Shown one piece after another: positions 42,484 to 52,436 of a DNA stretch of 58,096 nucleotides. Numbering within the stretch: position 1 is the stretch's first letter; every line of letters begins with the position of its first letter. The stretch spans positions 1-58,096 of the forward strand of contig CAWUTX010000030.1 of the NCBI GenBank assembly GCA_963925015.1, given 5' to 3'. The notes under the pieces are model-generated. The model had not been told where the DNA came from. It did not search any database and saw nothing but the letters and a program-made list of their open reading frames with translations. Made by a program: the position numbers and the translations under genes. The DNA is from an uncultured Gammaproteobacteria bacterium. GTDB lineage: Bacteria; Pseudomonadota; Gammaproteobacteria; SURF-13.

Positions 42484-43406
42484 TCGATATTCTGGATTTG
42501 CTCGCGTACCTGTTCGATCAGCACCTTTAGGTCGATGGCGGCGCGCGCTGTTTCCACGTCTGCCGCTTTGGAACCGAGCGTGTTCGCCTCGCGGTTCAGC
42601 TCCTGCATTAGAAAGTCGAGCCGCCGCCCGGCGGGCGCCTTTGCGCCGAGCACGCGCAGCACCTCGTCGAGATGCGCCGCGAGCCGCGTGAGCTCCTCGT
42701 CGACGTCGATCTTTTGCAGCAACAGGAGCATCTCCTGCTCCATACGCGCGGGGTCAAACCCGGCCTTGAGCTCAATCACGCGTTCGGTGAGCTTCACGCG
42801 CAGGTGCGCGTGGATCTGCGGCAGTTGCTTGCGCACCTCGGCGACACGCGTCTGCATGGTCTGGCAGCGCTCCACGATCAGCGCTTCGAGTCGCCCGCCC
42901 TCGCGTTCGCGCGTGGCGACGAGCTCGACGAGCGCGAGATCGAGCAGTGCCAGCGCCTGCGTCGCAAGCTGTTCCTGATTCACCAGCGGCGTCTCCACCA
43001 CGCCGGGCCAGCGCAGGATGTCGAGCGCGCTGAGCGGCGCGGGGTGCTCCAGCAGTCCTTCCACTTCGCGGCAGGCGCGCGTGAGCGTCTCCGCCAGCGC
43101 ACGGTTGACGTGCAGGCCGGTGGCGGCGGCAGTGGCCGCGTCCGTTTGCAGGCGCAGGTTGCAGTCGAGCTTGCCGCGCGCGACGTGCGTGCCGGCATGC
43201 TCGCGCACCGCGCCTTCGAGCGCGCGCAGCTCTTCCGGCAGGCGCAGGGAAATTTCCAGATAGCGGTGGTTGACTGAGCGCAACTCCCAGCTCAGCGTGC
43301 CCCACTCGGTGTGTTGCTGTTGCCGCGCAAAGGCGGTCATGCTGCGTATCACGGTGCGCGGCTTTCCATTAACAAGATCGCCACATACTAGGGGCGTTGT
43401 CACCAT
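42480..43406 (-). CDS. yicC: YicC family stress-induced protein
   Basis: ORF with MTAFAR......G.LSWELRSVNHRYLE and the C-terminal ...LMQELNREANTLGSKA motif. The true start is probably internal, near the MTAFAR motif. Confidence 0.85.
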   Translation of the reverse strand: MVTTPLVCGDLVNGKPRTVIRSMTAFARQQQHTEWGTLSWELRSVNHRYLEISLRLPEELRALEGAVREHAGTHVARGKLDCNLRLQTDAATAAATGLHVNRALAETLTRACREVEGLLEHPAPLSALDILRWPGVVETPLVNQEQLATQALALLDLALVELVATREREGGRLEALIVERCQTMQTRVAEVRKQLPQIHAHLRVKLTERVIELKAGFDPARMEQEMLLLLQKIDVDEELTRLAAHLDEVLRVLGAKAPAGRRLDFLMQELNREANTLGSKAADVETARAAIDLKVLIEQVREQIQNIE

Positions 43407-43486
43407 TGTGCAACAGCACGGCGGCTGCGTCGCACCCGCCGAATGTGCTAGGCTACGCGCCTTCCAATTGAAGTAAAGGATTTCCC

Positions 43487-44218
43487 ATGCGCCCCAGCGG
43501 ACGCGCAGCCTCCGAGCTGCGCACCATCAAGCTCACCCGCCGTTACACCAAGCACGCCGAGGGCTCGGTGCTGGTGGAGTTCGGCGACACGCGCGTGCTG
43601 TGCAACGTGAGCGTGGAAGAGCGCGTGCCGCAGTTTCTCAAGGGCAAGGGGCAGGGCTGGGTGACGGCCGAATACGGCATGCTGCCGCGCTCCACCGGCA
43701 AGCGCATGGATCGCGAAGCGGCGCGCGGCAAACAGGCCGGACGCACGCAGGAGATACAGCGTTTGATCGGACGTTCGCTGCGCGCAGTGGTCGATCTCAC
43801 CGCGCTCGGCGAACGCACGCTCACCATCGACTGCGACGTAATCCAGGCCGACGGCGGCACGCGCACCGCCGCGATCACCGGCGGCTATGTCGCGCTGGTG
43901 GACGCGATCGAACACCTGCGCAAACAAAAAGTCATCAGCCGCAGCCCGATACACGGCTGCGTCGCGTCGGTGTCGGTGGGCATTTATCAGGGCCAGCCGG
44001 TACTCGATCTCGACTACATCGAAGATTCGCAGGCCGAAACCGACATGAACGTGGTGATGAACGACGCCGGCCATTTCATCGAATTGCAAGGCACCGCCGA
44101 GGGTCACGCGTTCCGCATGGACGAGCTCACCGCCATGATCGACCTCGCGCGCGGCGGCATCACCGACCTGCTGGCAAAACAGAAGGCAGCGTTGGGTCAA
44201 ACAGTGGCTAGTCGCTAG
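43487..44218 (+). CDS. rph: ribonuclease PH
   Basis: 243-aa ORF starting [12 protein letters not shown]...[19 protein letters not shown]. Confidence 0.95.
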   Translation: MRPSGRAASELRTIKLTRRYTKHAEGSVLVEFGDTRVLCNVSVEERVPQFLKGKGQGWVTAEYGMLPRSTGKRMDREAARGKQAGRTQEIQRLIGRSLRAVVDLTALGERTLTIDCDVIQADGGTRTAAITGGYVALVDAIEHLRKQKVISRSPIHGCVASVSVGIYQGQPVLDLDYIEDSQAETDMNVVMNDAGHFIELQGTAEGHAFRMDELTAMIDLARGGITDLLAKQKAALGQTVASR

Positions 44219-44270
44219 TGGCGAGTGGCTAGGTAAAAACACTTTACTCGCTACTCGCCACTAGCCACTC
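44203..44270. other. rph-rdgB intergenic stem-loop built from reiterated GTGGCTAG/CTAGCCAC motifs
   Basis: CTAGTGGCGAGT (44215-44226) pairs perfectly with ACTCGCCACTAG (44253-44264). AGTGGCTAG occurs at 44203-44211 and 44224-44232, with CTAGCCACT at 44261-44269. No T-tract follows. Confidence 0.4.
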
Positions 44271-44282
44271 GATACTGTATTT

Positions 44283-44873
44283 ATGAAACGCATCGTACTC
44301 GCCAGCGGTAATCTGGGCAAACTGCGCGAGATACAGGCGCTCGCGGGCGACGCCTTCGATCTGGTGCCGCAATCCGACTTCAGCGTAAGTGAGGCGGAAG
44401 AAACCGGCCTGAGCTTTGTCGAAAACGCCATCCTCAAAGCACGCCACGCCGCGCAACACACCGGCCTGCCCGCGCTCGCCGACGACTCCGGTCTTGAAGT
44501 GGACGCGCTGAACGGCGCACCGGGCATCCACTCGGCGCGCTATGCCGGCCTCACCGCGAGCGACCGCGAAAATGTGGACAAGCTGCTGCACCAACTCGGC
44601 GCCACGCCCGAGCACCTGCGCCGCGCGCGTTTTCAATGTGTCATGGTGTATATGCGGCATGCGCTCGATCCCATGCCCATCATCGCGCAGGGCACGTGGG
44701 AAGGACGCATCCTGAATGCGCCGCAGGGCGAAGGCGGCTTCGGCTACGACCCGGTGTTCTTCGTGCCGACGCACCGCTGCTCCTCCGCCGAGCTTACTGC
44801 GGCAGTGAAAAACCAACTGAGCCATCGTGGCAAGGCGCTGCGCAAACTGCTGGAGATGGCCGCTGTCGTCTGA
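44283..44873 (+). CDS. rdgB: dITP/XTP pyrophosphatase (RdgB/HAM1 family)
   Basis: 196-aa ORF with ...VLASGN.GKLRE....L.........E.E.ETG.SFVENA..KA... Confidence 0.92.
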   Translation: MKRIVLASGNLGKLREIQALAGDAFDLVPQSDFSVSEAEETGLSFVENAILKARHAAQHTGLPALADDSGLEVDALNGAPGIHSARYAGLTASDRENVDKLLHQLGATPEHLRRARFQCVMVYMRHALDPMPIIAQGTWEGRILNAPQGEGGFGYDPVFFVPTHRCSSAELTAAVKNQLSHRGKALRKLLEMAAVV

Positions 44874-44880
44874 GTCAAAA

Positions 44881-46065
44881 ATGTTCCACTTCACCACCCT
44901 GCCGCCGTTGTCTTTGTACATACACCTGCCGTGGTGCGCGCGCAAATGCCCGTATTGCGATTTCAATTCGCACGAAGGCGAGGTGCAGGAGCGCGCCTAC
45001 GTCGACGCGCTGGTGAACGATCTGGAGCAGGATCTGCCGCGCATCTGGGGGCGGCCCGTGGTCTCCGTGTTCATCGGTGGCGGCACGCCAAGCCTGTTTT
45101 CACCCGAGGCGCTCGACCGTCTGCTGTGCGCAGTGCGCGCGCGGCCGCGCCTCTCGCCGCAGGCCGAGATCACGCTGGAGGCGAACCCTGGCAGCTCCGA
45201 ATATGAAAAATTCCGCGAGTTTCGCGCGCTCGGCATCAACCGCTTGTCGATCGGCGTGCAGAGCTTTGATGACGACAGTCTCAAGCGCCTGGGGCGCATC
45301 CACGGCCGCAGCGAGGCGTTGCGTGCGGCGGAGGCCGCGCACGAGGCGGGCTTTGAGAGCTTCAATCTCGATTTGATGTTCGGCCTGCCCGAGCAGACAC
45401 TCAAGCAGGCCGAGAGCGACATCGCCACCGCACTGGCGCTGGAGCCCGCGCACCTCTCGTATTATCAACTGACCCTCGAACCCAATACGCTGTTTCATCA
45501 TCAGCCGCCGCAGTTGCCGGAAGAAGACGTCATCGCCGCGATGCAGGAACGCGCCCAGGAGCGCATGGCCGAGCGCGGATTTCAGCACTACGAAGTCTCG
45601 GCCTATGCGCGCAAAGACGCACAGTGCAAACACAATCTCAACTACTGGCAGTTCGGCGATTATCTGGGGATAGGCGCGGGCGCACACGGCAAAATCACCG
45701 ACGCGCAACAGCAAGCCATCACGCGCCTGTGGAAACTCAAACAACCGCGCGACTATATAGAAAAAGCAGAAACACCCGAACGCATTGGCGAAGAAAGCCT
45801 GCTTACGCCCGCCGACGTCGCATTCGAGTTCATGCTGAACGCGCTGCGTCTCACCGAAGGCTTTACGTCGAATTTATTTACCGAGCACACCGGCCTGCCG
45901 CTTTCTGTTATCGATCAGCCATTAAAACAGGCCGAGGAGCGCGGTTTGATCGAAAGAAATGCACAAGGAGTGCGCCCCACTGCGCAAGGGCAGCTTTACC
46001 TCAACGATTTAACGGCGCTGTTTTTGCCGCCCAGCCCGCCAATCACCGGCGCTGCACGACGATAA
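44881..46065 (+). CDS. hemW: radical SAM family heme chaperone HemW
   Basis: Internal ATG at 44881 gives MFHFTTLPPLSLYIHLPWCARKCPYCDFNS, with the CxxxCxxC radical-SAM motif. Synteny rph-rdgB-hemW. Confidence 0.9.
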   Translation: MFHFTTLPPLSLYIHLPWCARKCPYCDFNSHEGEVQERAYVDALVNDLEQDLPRIWGRPVVSVFIGGGTPSLFSPEALDRLLCAVRARPRLSPQAEITLEANPGSSEYEKFREFRALGINRLSIGVQSFDDDSLKRLGRIHGRSEALRAAEAAHEAGFESFNLDLMFGLPEQTLKQAESDIATALALEPAHLSYYQLTLEPNTLFHHQPPQLPEEDVIAAMQERAQERMAERGFQHYEVSAYARKDAQCKHNLNYWQFGDYLGIGAGAHGKITDAQQQAITRLWKLKQPRDYIEKAETPERIGEESLLTPADVAFEFMLNALRLTEGFTSNLFTEHTGLPLSVIDQPLKQAEERGLIERNAQGVRPTAQGQLYLNDLTALFLPPSPPITGAARR

Positions 46066-46420
46066 CCTCGACCCGCCCGCGCGGGCCGATAAAATACGAC
46101 GCGAGCCACCCGGTCACGCTCACGACTATCGACCCGAACAACGCCGGCCAGAAGCCAGCGATGGTGAAGTTGTCAAACATCCACGCCACCAGCCCCAGCA
46201 TCGCCGCGTTGATCACCAACAGAAACAGTCCGAGCGTGAGCACGGTGGCAGGCAGCGTGAGGATGATCAGCACCGGCCGCACCACGGCGTTGACAATACC
46301 CAGCAGCAACGCCGCTCCGAGCAAAGTCCCCGCGCCTTTCACCTCAATGCCCGGCACCCACTCAGACGCCAGCCACAACCCAAGCGCCACAATCAGCAGT
46401 CGTAATACGAATCCGGCCAT
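46043..46420 (-). CDS. 4-TM phage-holin-IV/YvlD-like membrane protein
   Basis: 125-aa ORF with ...LWLASEWVPGIEV.G...........LGIVNAVVRPVL..LTLP....TLGLFLLVINA, typical of the family. 23-nt convergent overlap with hemW. Confidence 0.7.
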   Translation of the reverse strand: MAGFVLRLLIVALGLWLASEWVPGIEVKGAGTLLGAALLLGIVNAVVRPVLIILTLPATVLTLGLFLLVINAAMLGLVAWMFDNFTIAGFWPALFGSIVVSVTGWLASYFIGPRGRVEVIVVQRR

Positions 46421-46431
46421 GGTTTATATTC

Positions 46432-47398
46432 TCACTTTGAGTAAGGGCCCAAGAAACGGCTTCCATTGAGTTGCCATCTTGTTTCGACTTCTTTTATCAA
46501 TTGGTCAATAGCGGCCTGATCGCTGACTTCCACTGTCGCCAGTCGGGCAAGCTCCAACAACTGCTCGTGGCTCGGATAGCGCATCTGCCGCAGGTCTGTC
46601 GCGTTCACCTGTGTGTGGCCTGAAAAAACCCGGAAATGGGAATCCACCACCGTCGAATTCAGGAACAGCGCCAGACCGAGTGCGGTTTCCTTGTCCATGC
46701 CGCGCTTGGCGATATGAAAAAAATTCAGATGATTCTAGAAGCCATAGAACGGCGCGGGCAGCTCACTCGGGTCGATCACGAATGCGACGACCCGGCGGCG
46801 CTCTTCCTTGCCGGAGAATCGCTTGGTCAGGACATAGAAACCCTGCGGCATAAGCCATTTCCGGGTTGCCTCCGCTAACAGAATCGCATTCGGCTTCTTG
46901 TGTGCCTTGGGGTAAACAAGCTTCCCGTCGGAAAAATGATGAGCATAAATCAGGGGGGACCGTGCCGGATTCCGGTTCCTCGCGGCAATGCTCCCTCAGC
47001 CTGAAATCGACCACTGGGGCGGTGCAAACCTCGATGCCGAGTTCTTTCAGGCTATGACTGAACAACCCGTGTGCGCCATCGCCGGCATTGGCCAGTACGG
47101 GGATGTGAATGAAGCGCTCCGCGTCGCCATCCTTGACGATCTGGCCGAATGGCAAGGCCCGCGCGTGGTAATCGCTAAACGTAGCGTCGTGACTCTCGCT
47201 CACCGTTACGGCACCTTGTGCCCCGGCCTTCTTGAGCTTGACGATGATGTTCTCCTGCAGCACATCATCGTCGCTGAACGCCTTGTTGCGTGCCTCGAAC
47301 ACATGGATATGTTCGATGGCGCAGCTTTGCAGTAACTGCTCCCGAAACGGGCGGTAATAGGTCCCATTGCAAAAAGACCTCGAAACGCAAGCAACACC
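46432..47398 (-). pseudogene. remnant of an Eco57I/PglX-like N6-adenine DNA methyltransferase (5'-truncated, frameshift, in-frame TAG)
   Basis: My translation is ...NGTYYRPFREQLLQSCAIEHIHVFEARNKAF...APVVDFRLREH...GTVP, then a frameshift at the G6 run 46953-46958. It continues LIYAHHFSDGKLVYPKAHKKPNAILL...FYVLTKRFSGKEERRRVVAFV...YGF*NHLNFF... (TAG at 46735-46737) ...LNSTVVDSHFRVFSGHTQVNATDLRQMRYP. The catalytic N-terminal half is absent. Confidence 0.7.
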
Positions 47399-49546
47399 CT
47401 ATCCCGCCAGCTTCACACACCGCAACACCTCATACGAATACTGCCCACCCAATGCCTCGAACACTGGTTTGAGGGCCTGTTCGCCGTGGGTGTCCAGGGC
47501 GGCGTGGATGCGGGTTAGCTCTTCCTCGTCCAGCGGGACTACATCGCGCAGTTTGAGTTCGCCACGGGTGATGGCGAGGGTGAGGTGGTGGTAGACGGTG
47601 GTTTCTTTCAGGTCGCGGCGGTCGGCGATGGCGCGGGCGTCGAGGCCGAGGCGGAACAGGTGCAGGGTTTCGGCGGCGGTGTCTGAAAGAGCGCTGTTTT
47701 TGTCATCCTGTGCGAGGATGGTTTCGAGAAAATCTTCGCCGTAGGCGGCGAGTTTGCGTTCGCCGACGCCGGAGATGTGTGCGAGTTCTTCCAGCGTCTG
47801 CGGGCGGCGTTCGACCATTTCGGTGAGGGTGGCGTCGTGGAACACGACATAGGGCGGTACGCCTTGCGCCAAGGCGAGCTCGCGGCGGCGGGCGCGCAGG
47901 GCCTCCCACAGCATCAAGTCGGCTTCGCTGGTGAAGGTGTTGCTACGCTTGGAGGCTTTTGTCTCCGCCCTGCCCTCGCTCTTCAACGCTGAGGCTTTGG
48001 TTTTAATGGGGTCGCGGCGCAGCCACAGGCGCTCTTCGCCGCGCAGCACGGGGCGGCAGGCGTCGGTGAGTTGCAGCGCGCCGTGGCCTTCGATGTCCAC
48101 GGCGAGCAGGCCGCGCGCGATGAGTTGACGGAAGATGCTGCGCCATTCTTGCTGGCTCAAGTCCTGGCCGATACCGAAGGTGCTCGATTTGTCATGGCCG
48201 AAGCGCTGGATGCGCTCGTCTGTTTTGCCCATCAGCACGTCGAGCAGATAGTTGACGCCAAATCTTTGCCCGGTGCGGTGCACGCAGGAGAGCGCCTTCT
48301 GCGCGGGCACGCTGGCGTCCCAGGTTTCGGGCGGGTTGATGCAGGTGTCGCAGTTGCCGCAGGGGTTGGGCTGGGCGTCGTCAAAATACGCGAGCAGCGC
48401 CTGACGACGGCAGGTGGTGATTTCGCATAGGGCGAGCATGGCGTCGAGCTTGTGGCGTTCGACGCGCTTGCGCGCGGCGTCGGCCTCACCGGCTTCGAGC
48501 ATCTGGCGCAGCGTGATCACATCTTGCAGGCCGTAGATCATCCACGCGTCGGCGGGCAGGCCGTCGCGCCCGGCGCGGCCGGTCTCCTGGTAATAGGACT
48601 CGATGCTCTTCGGCAGGTTGAGGTGCGCGACGAAGCGCACGTTGGGCTTGTCTATGCCCATGCCGAAGGCGATGGTGGCGACGATGATGACGCCTTCCTC
48701 GTTGATGAAGCGCGACTGGTTGCGCTTGCGCACCTCGGCGGCCAGCCCGGCGTGATAAGGCAGCGCGTCCAGCCCTTGAGCTGCGAGCCAGGCGGCGATT
48801 TCGTCCACGCGCTTGCGCGACAAGCAGTAGACAATGCCGGCGTCGCCTGCGTGTTCGCTGCGGATGAAGCGCAGCAGTTGTTCGCGCGCGCTGTTGCCAC
48901 GTCCACTGTCGGCTTGTGCGATGCGGTAGCGGATGTTGGGGCGGTCGAAGCCGCTGATGAAGATGCGCGCGTTTTCGAGGCCGAGGCGGGCGATGATCTC
49001 GCGCCGCGTAGGTTCGTCGGCGGTGGCGGTGAGCGCGATGCGCGGGATATTTGGGAAGCGCTCGTGCAGCACCGAGAGCTGGATGTACTCGGGGCGGAAG
49101 TCGTGGCCCCATTGCGAAACGCAGTGCGCCTCGTCGATGGCGAACAGCGCAATGTTCGAGCGCGCCAGCAGGTCGAGCGTGCGCTCGGTCATCAGGCGTT
49201 CGGGTGCGATGTAAAGCAAGTCGAGTTCGCCGCGCAGGAGTTGCTGTTCGACCGCGCGCGCCGTGGTGGCATCAAGCGTGGAATTCAGAAATGCCGCACG
49301 CACGCCAGCCTGTTTCAGCGCAGCCACTTGATCCTGCATCAGCGAAATCAGCGGCGAGATGACCAGGCCGGTGCCGGGGCGCACGATGGACGGAATCTGG
49401 AAGCACAGCGATTTGCCGCCGCCGGTGGGCATCAGCACCAGCGCATCGCTGCCCGCCATGAGGGCATGGATGACTTCGTCCTGCGGCGCGCGGAAGCGTT
49501 CGTAGCCGAAGACGGTGCGCAGAATGTGAAGGGGCTGTTCGTTCAT
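47399..49546 (-). CDS. recQ: ATP-dependent DNA helicase RecQ (long form with an extra C-terminal HTH-like domain)
   Basis: 715-aa ORF with [45 protein letters not shown], the Zn-binding Cys cluster, RQC and HRDC, plus about 100 further aa. Confidence 0.95.
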   Translation of the reverse strand: MNEQPLHILRTVFGYERFRAPQDEVIHALMAGSDALVLMPTGGGKSLCFQIPSIVRPGTGLVISPLISLMQDQVAALKQAGVRAAFLNSTLDATTARAVEQQLLRGELDLLYIAPERLMTERTLDLLARSNIALFAIDEAHCVSQWGHDFRPEYIQLSVLHERFPNIPRIALTATADEPTRREIIARLGLENARIFISGFDRPNIRYRIAQADSGRGNSAREQLLRFIRSEHAGDAGIVYCLSRKRVDEIAAWLAAQGLDALPYHAGLAAEVRKRNQSRFINEEGVIIVATIAFGMGIDKPNVRFVAHLNLPKSIESYYQETGRAGRDGLPADAWMIYGLQDVITLRQMLEAGEADAARKRVERHKLDAMLALCEITTCRRQALLAYFDDAQPNPCGNCDTCINPPETWDASVPAQKALSCVHRTGQRFGVNYLLDVLMGKTDERIQRFGHDKSSTFGIGQDLSQQEWRSIFRQLIARGLLAVDIEGHGALQLTDACRPVLRGEERLWLRRDPIKTKASALKSEGRAETKASKRSNTFTSEADLMLWEALRARRRELALAQGVPPYVVFHDATLTEMVERRPQTLEELAHISGVGERKLAAYGEDFLETILAQDDKNSALSDTAAETLHLFRLGLDARAIADRRDLKETTVYHHLTLAITRGELKLRDVVPLDEEELTRIHAALDTHGEQALKPVFEALGGQYSYEVLRCVKLAG

Positions 49547-49631
49547 GGCGGATGCGCGGCTACTTTACCAGCCAGACAGCTTCAAGAAATCTATTTTGTG
49601 CTTCAAGCCGTTCAGTCGGAGGGGAAGACTA

Positions 49632-50393
49632 TCAGTGCAGCCAGACGTATAAGCCCGCCGCGAGTGCGCCGGTGCCCGCGAGCACGGGTTTCCAGTGCCT
49701 GCGCAAAAAGGTCTTGAGTACGAAGTAGGCGTTGGGCTCGACCTTCACATTGCACTCCGGCCAGCTGAAGTGGAGCGCTTCTTCACTGCTCGGTATCTTG
49801 AGCCACAGCTCAAGCTCAAGCGCAAGCCTGCGGCGGCCGGCCTTGAGCGGCAGGACTTTCCAGGCCCATTGCAGGTCAGTGTTTGCCAGGCCTTGCTCGG
49901 CGGGGGTGAGCGGCGTGATGCTAAAGCCGTCGCCGGAGAGTTGCGCAGTGAGGTGGGCCCCGATCTTGAGCGTGGTCACCTTGGCGTGGGCCTGATTGAG
50001 GGCGCGGGTGATGGGGCTGACGATATTCTGCGTGAGCACTAGCTCCAGCCGCGCCGGTTCGCCCACCTGGAGGTCGTGCGGGGCGATGAAGCGCACATCC
50101 TCCAGATTGAGGTGGCCCAGCTCGCGCCGCATAATGAGGGGCGAGTCCTGTAACTCGTGCGCCAGATTGCCGTGCAGGTGGCTTACCGCAGACAACTGTG
50201 GCGCCGGGTCGTGATGGCGCAGTTGGGCGGAAAAGGCCGGCTCGTCCGCGCTCGCGGGCTGGTCGTGAATCTCGTCGGCGTGGCTCTTGCCACGGATGCT
50301 CTTCACCATCAGCCCCTTCATCACCACCACATAGAACAGTAGGTCGGCAAAGATAAACAGGATGATGATGACGATTATGCCTTTAACATCCAT
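49632..50393 (-). CDS. hypothetical protein with N- and C-terminal TM segments
   Basis: 253-aa ORF. I recognise no family. Hydrophobic helices at both ends. Confidence 0.45.
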   Translation of the reverse strand: MDVKGIIVIIILFIFADLLFYVVVMKGLMVKSIRGKSHADEIHDQPASADEPAFSAQLRHHDPAPQLSAVSHLHGNLAHELQDSPLIMRRELGHLNLEDVRFIAPHDLQVGEPARLELVLTQNIVSPITRALNQAHAKVTTLKIGAHLTAQLSGDGFSITPLTPAEQGLANTDLQWAWKVLPLKAGRRRLALELELWLKIPSSEEALHFSWPECNVKVEPNAYFVLKTFLRRHWKPVLAGTGALAAGLYVWLH

Positions 50394-50563
50394 TAGGTTT
50401 ATTTCCAGTGGGCGTGGGCTGCGGACGCTCCCGCAGCGTCACAGTTTTCGGGCGTGGGAGTGCAATCAGAGCCACCGCCCGCTTGCGGGGGTAAATATCT
50501 CGTGTCATAATCTTAGAAATTTCTAGGCAACCATGAAAGCATATTGGGCAATGGAGGTGTAGC

Positions 50564-50707
50564 TTGTTTGATTTATCGGTAAATTTGGCCAAAGAGTCAA
50601 TCGAGTACAGCACGGGTGATGTGCTCTCACTGTACGGTATCATTTTGGCCGTAGTGCTGACGATACTCGTCGTCGCATTCAAGACAGCGACCAAAAACAA
50701 ATCCTGA
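50564..50707 (+). CDS. speculative 47-aa single-TM ORF (TTG start)
   Basis: GGAGG lies 6 nt upstream of the TTG. Translation is (M)FDLSVNLAKESIEYSTGDVLSLYGIILAVVLTILVVAFKTATKNKS*. It competes with a dubious 140-aa minus-strand ORF. Confidence 0.25.
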   Translation: MFDLSVNLAKESIEYSTGDVLSLYGIILAVVLTILVVAFKTATKNKS

Positions 50708-50878
50708 ACTGTGCGGGGCGTCGGAGTTGACACGCCGGGAAACTTTGCGCCCGTCACGCGGTCTATTGAGCTATTGGACTTTAACGGATGGTTGAGGTCG
50801 CCCACAGCAAATCAAGGCGGGCTGTGATGCGGTTGCCCGAATAAAAATTTTGGCTTAAAAAATCTGGAGGATGTTTAT

Positions 50879-51745
50879 ATGCGTCTGTTTTCAACAGCAT
50901 TATTTGCGGCGCTGTCGCTGTGCGGGATTGCCCTCGCTGTGGCGGAAGATCAGGCCGCTGCTCCTGCGCCCGCCCCTGCCGCTGATGTCGCCGCCCCTGC
51001 GGCCGCAGCAGCACCGGCCGCCCCCGCTCCTCACCCGATGCCGACGGGTTCGCTCAAGCTGGTAGGCAATCCTGAGAGTGGCAAAAAGATTTTTAATGAA
51101 GGCAAGGGCGAGGCTCCGCCTTGCATGTCTTGCCACGGTGAGAAAGGCCTCGGCGATGACAACATGGGCACGCCGCGCTTGGCCGGACAGGGCTTTGTCT
51201 ATCTCAGAAAGCAGTTGTATGAATTTGCCACCGACCGCCGCACCGATACCACCATGGGTGTGATGAACGGCATCGCCAAGGCACTGTCCGAGCAGGACAA
51301 GCACGACATCGCCGCTTATGAGTCCAGCATACATGGGGGCGCCCTCGCTGCGGCCTCAAATCTGGATGAGATCAAGACCGCTGGCGCCGTGCCGGTGGGT
51401 GAGAAGCACCTCGGCAAGGGCATCGTTATGCATGGCATCCCTGAGCAAGGTGTGACGGCCTGCGTGAGTTGCCACCAGTACAATGGCCGTGGCGCGTGGC
51501 CGGTCTACCCGACCATCGGCGGCCAGCGCTATGTTTACCTCGTCAACCAGCTGAAGAAGTGGCGCGACGGCAGCCGTGCCAACGATACGCTGGCGCAGAT
51601 GCGTGCGGTGGCGGGCAAGTTGACGGATGCAGACATCTACAATGTTTCGGCTTACCTCACCAGCGCGCCGCCCATTTCCGGCGGCAATTCACGCGAGCCG
51701 CATCAGCCGAAGCCTGCGACAGCCGGAGCGTCGGCGGCACACTGA
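50879..51745 (+). CDS. diheme cytochrome c4-type protein with N-terminal hydrophobic segment and an Ala/Pro-rich tether
   Basis: 288-aa ORF with two CxxCH motifs (CMSCH, CVSCH), each followed by a c4-like ...RL.GQ...Y...QL..... pattern and Met candidates. A roughly 30-aa AP-rich linker follows the signal/anchor. Confidence 0.85.
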   Translation: MRLFSTALFAALSLCGIALAVAEDQAAAPAPAPAADVAAPAAAAAPAAPAPHPMPTGSLKLVGNPESGKKIFNEGKGEAPPCMSCHGEKGLGDDNMGTPRLAGQGFVYLRKQLYEFATDRRTDTTMGVMNGIAKALSEQDKHDIAAYESSIHGGALAAASNLDEIKTAGAVPVGEKHLGKGIVMHGIPEQGVTACVSCHQYNGRGAWPVYPTIGGQRYVYLVNQLKKWRDGSRANDTLAQMRAVAGKLTDADIYNVSAYLTSAPPISGGNSREPHQPKPATAGASAAH

Positions 51746-51775
51746 CCCAACCAGACTGGTTTATAGTTGTCCCAT

Positions 51776-51805
51776 AAAGGGCGGGTTGACCGCCCTTTAT
51801 CTTTA
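51776..51805 (+). terminator. rho-independent terminator after the cytochrome c4 gene
   Basis: AAAGGGCGG-GTTGA-CCGCCCTTT followed by ATCTTT, read directly. Confidence 0.7.
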
Positions 51806-51836
51806 ATTAGATCAAGTCACTTTACTGCGGTAAGCA

Positions 51837-52436
51837 TTGATGGAGCGCAAACAATTACTCAAACCCGGTGAAAAGCTGCTGTTTGCCGTGTTTGGCGCAT
51901 TCCTGCTGCTCGCGGTGGTCGGTCTCGTGGTTATGGAGGTGGTGCGCGCCCAGATGTCGGAGCCGATGTTTGCCGCGCGCTCCTCTTTCAATCTGGGTGT
52001 CGCAGGTCAGCGTGGCTCCAAGCTGTTTCGTGAGGCCGGTTGCACCGCCTGCCACCGCGCTTTGCGCAATGGCACCAACCATGGCATCCGACTGGACGGC
52101 GTCGGCTCGCTCCGCAGCCAGCCATGGCTGGAGGTCTTTCTCAAGCATCCCGAGGCCAATTGGGCGACCGTGACCATAGATCACGGCCAACCGCCCAAGG
52201 AGGCGGCCTACGTCGCGCAATTGCCGCCGCAGGACTTGCACGACATCGCGATGTTTCTCTCCGAGTTGAAGGCTGAGCCGGGTTCGGCGACGTCCGCCCT
52301 GCCGCCGCCCGAGATCGCGCGGTCGGGCTTCGTCAATAGCATGACCGAGATGTGGGCGCCCGAGGTGTGGAAAGAGAAATATCAGGATATCCGCCACAAA
52401 AAACCAGCGGAAGGAGAAACGAATGAGACCCAATGA
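51837..52436 (+). CDS. membrane-anchored monoheme cytochrome c, shortened CcoO/FixO-like
   Basis: 199-aa ORF with an N-terminal TM and GSKLFREAGCTACHR (CxxCH). Then GIRLDGVGSLRSQPWLEVFLKHP, which parallels the CcoO segment GPDL..VG.R.S..W...HL.NP. Confidence 0.7.
   Translation: MMERKQLLKPGEKLLFAVFGAFLLLAVVGLVVMEVVRAQMSEPMFAARSSFNLGVAGQRGSKLFREAGCTACHRALRNGTNHGIRLDGVGSLRSQPWLEVFLKHPEANWATVTIDHGQPPKEAAYVAQLPPQDLHDIAMFLSELKAEPGSATSALPPPEIARSGFVNSMTEMWAPEVWKEKYQDIRHKKPAEGETNETQ

Noticed and set aside
50383-50805. 140-aa minus-strand ORF in the spacer before the cytochrome c4 gene
   Set aside because: It has odd composition, no SD and no motifs, and it overlaps the neighbouring ORF's start region. 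A short plus-strand ORF with a good SD explains part of the region at least as well. I left the region essentially unassigned.
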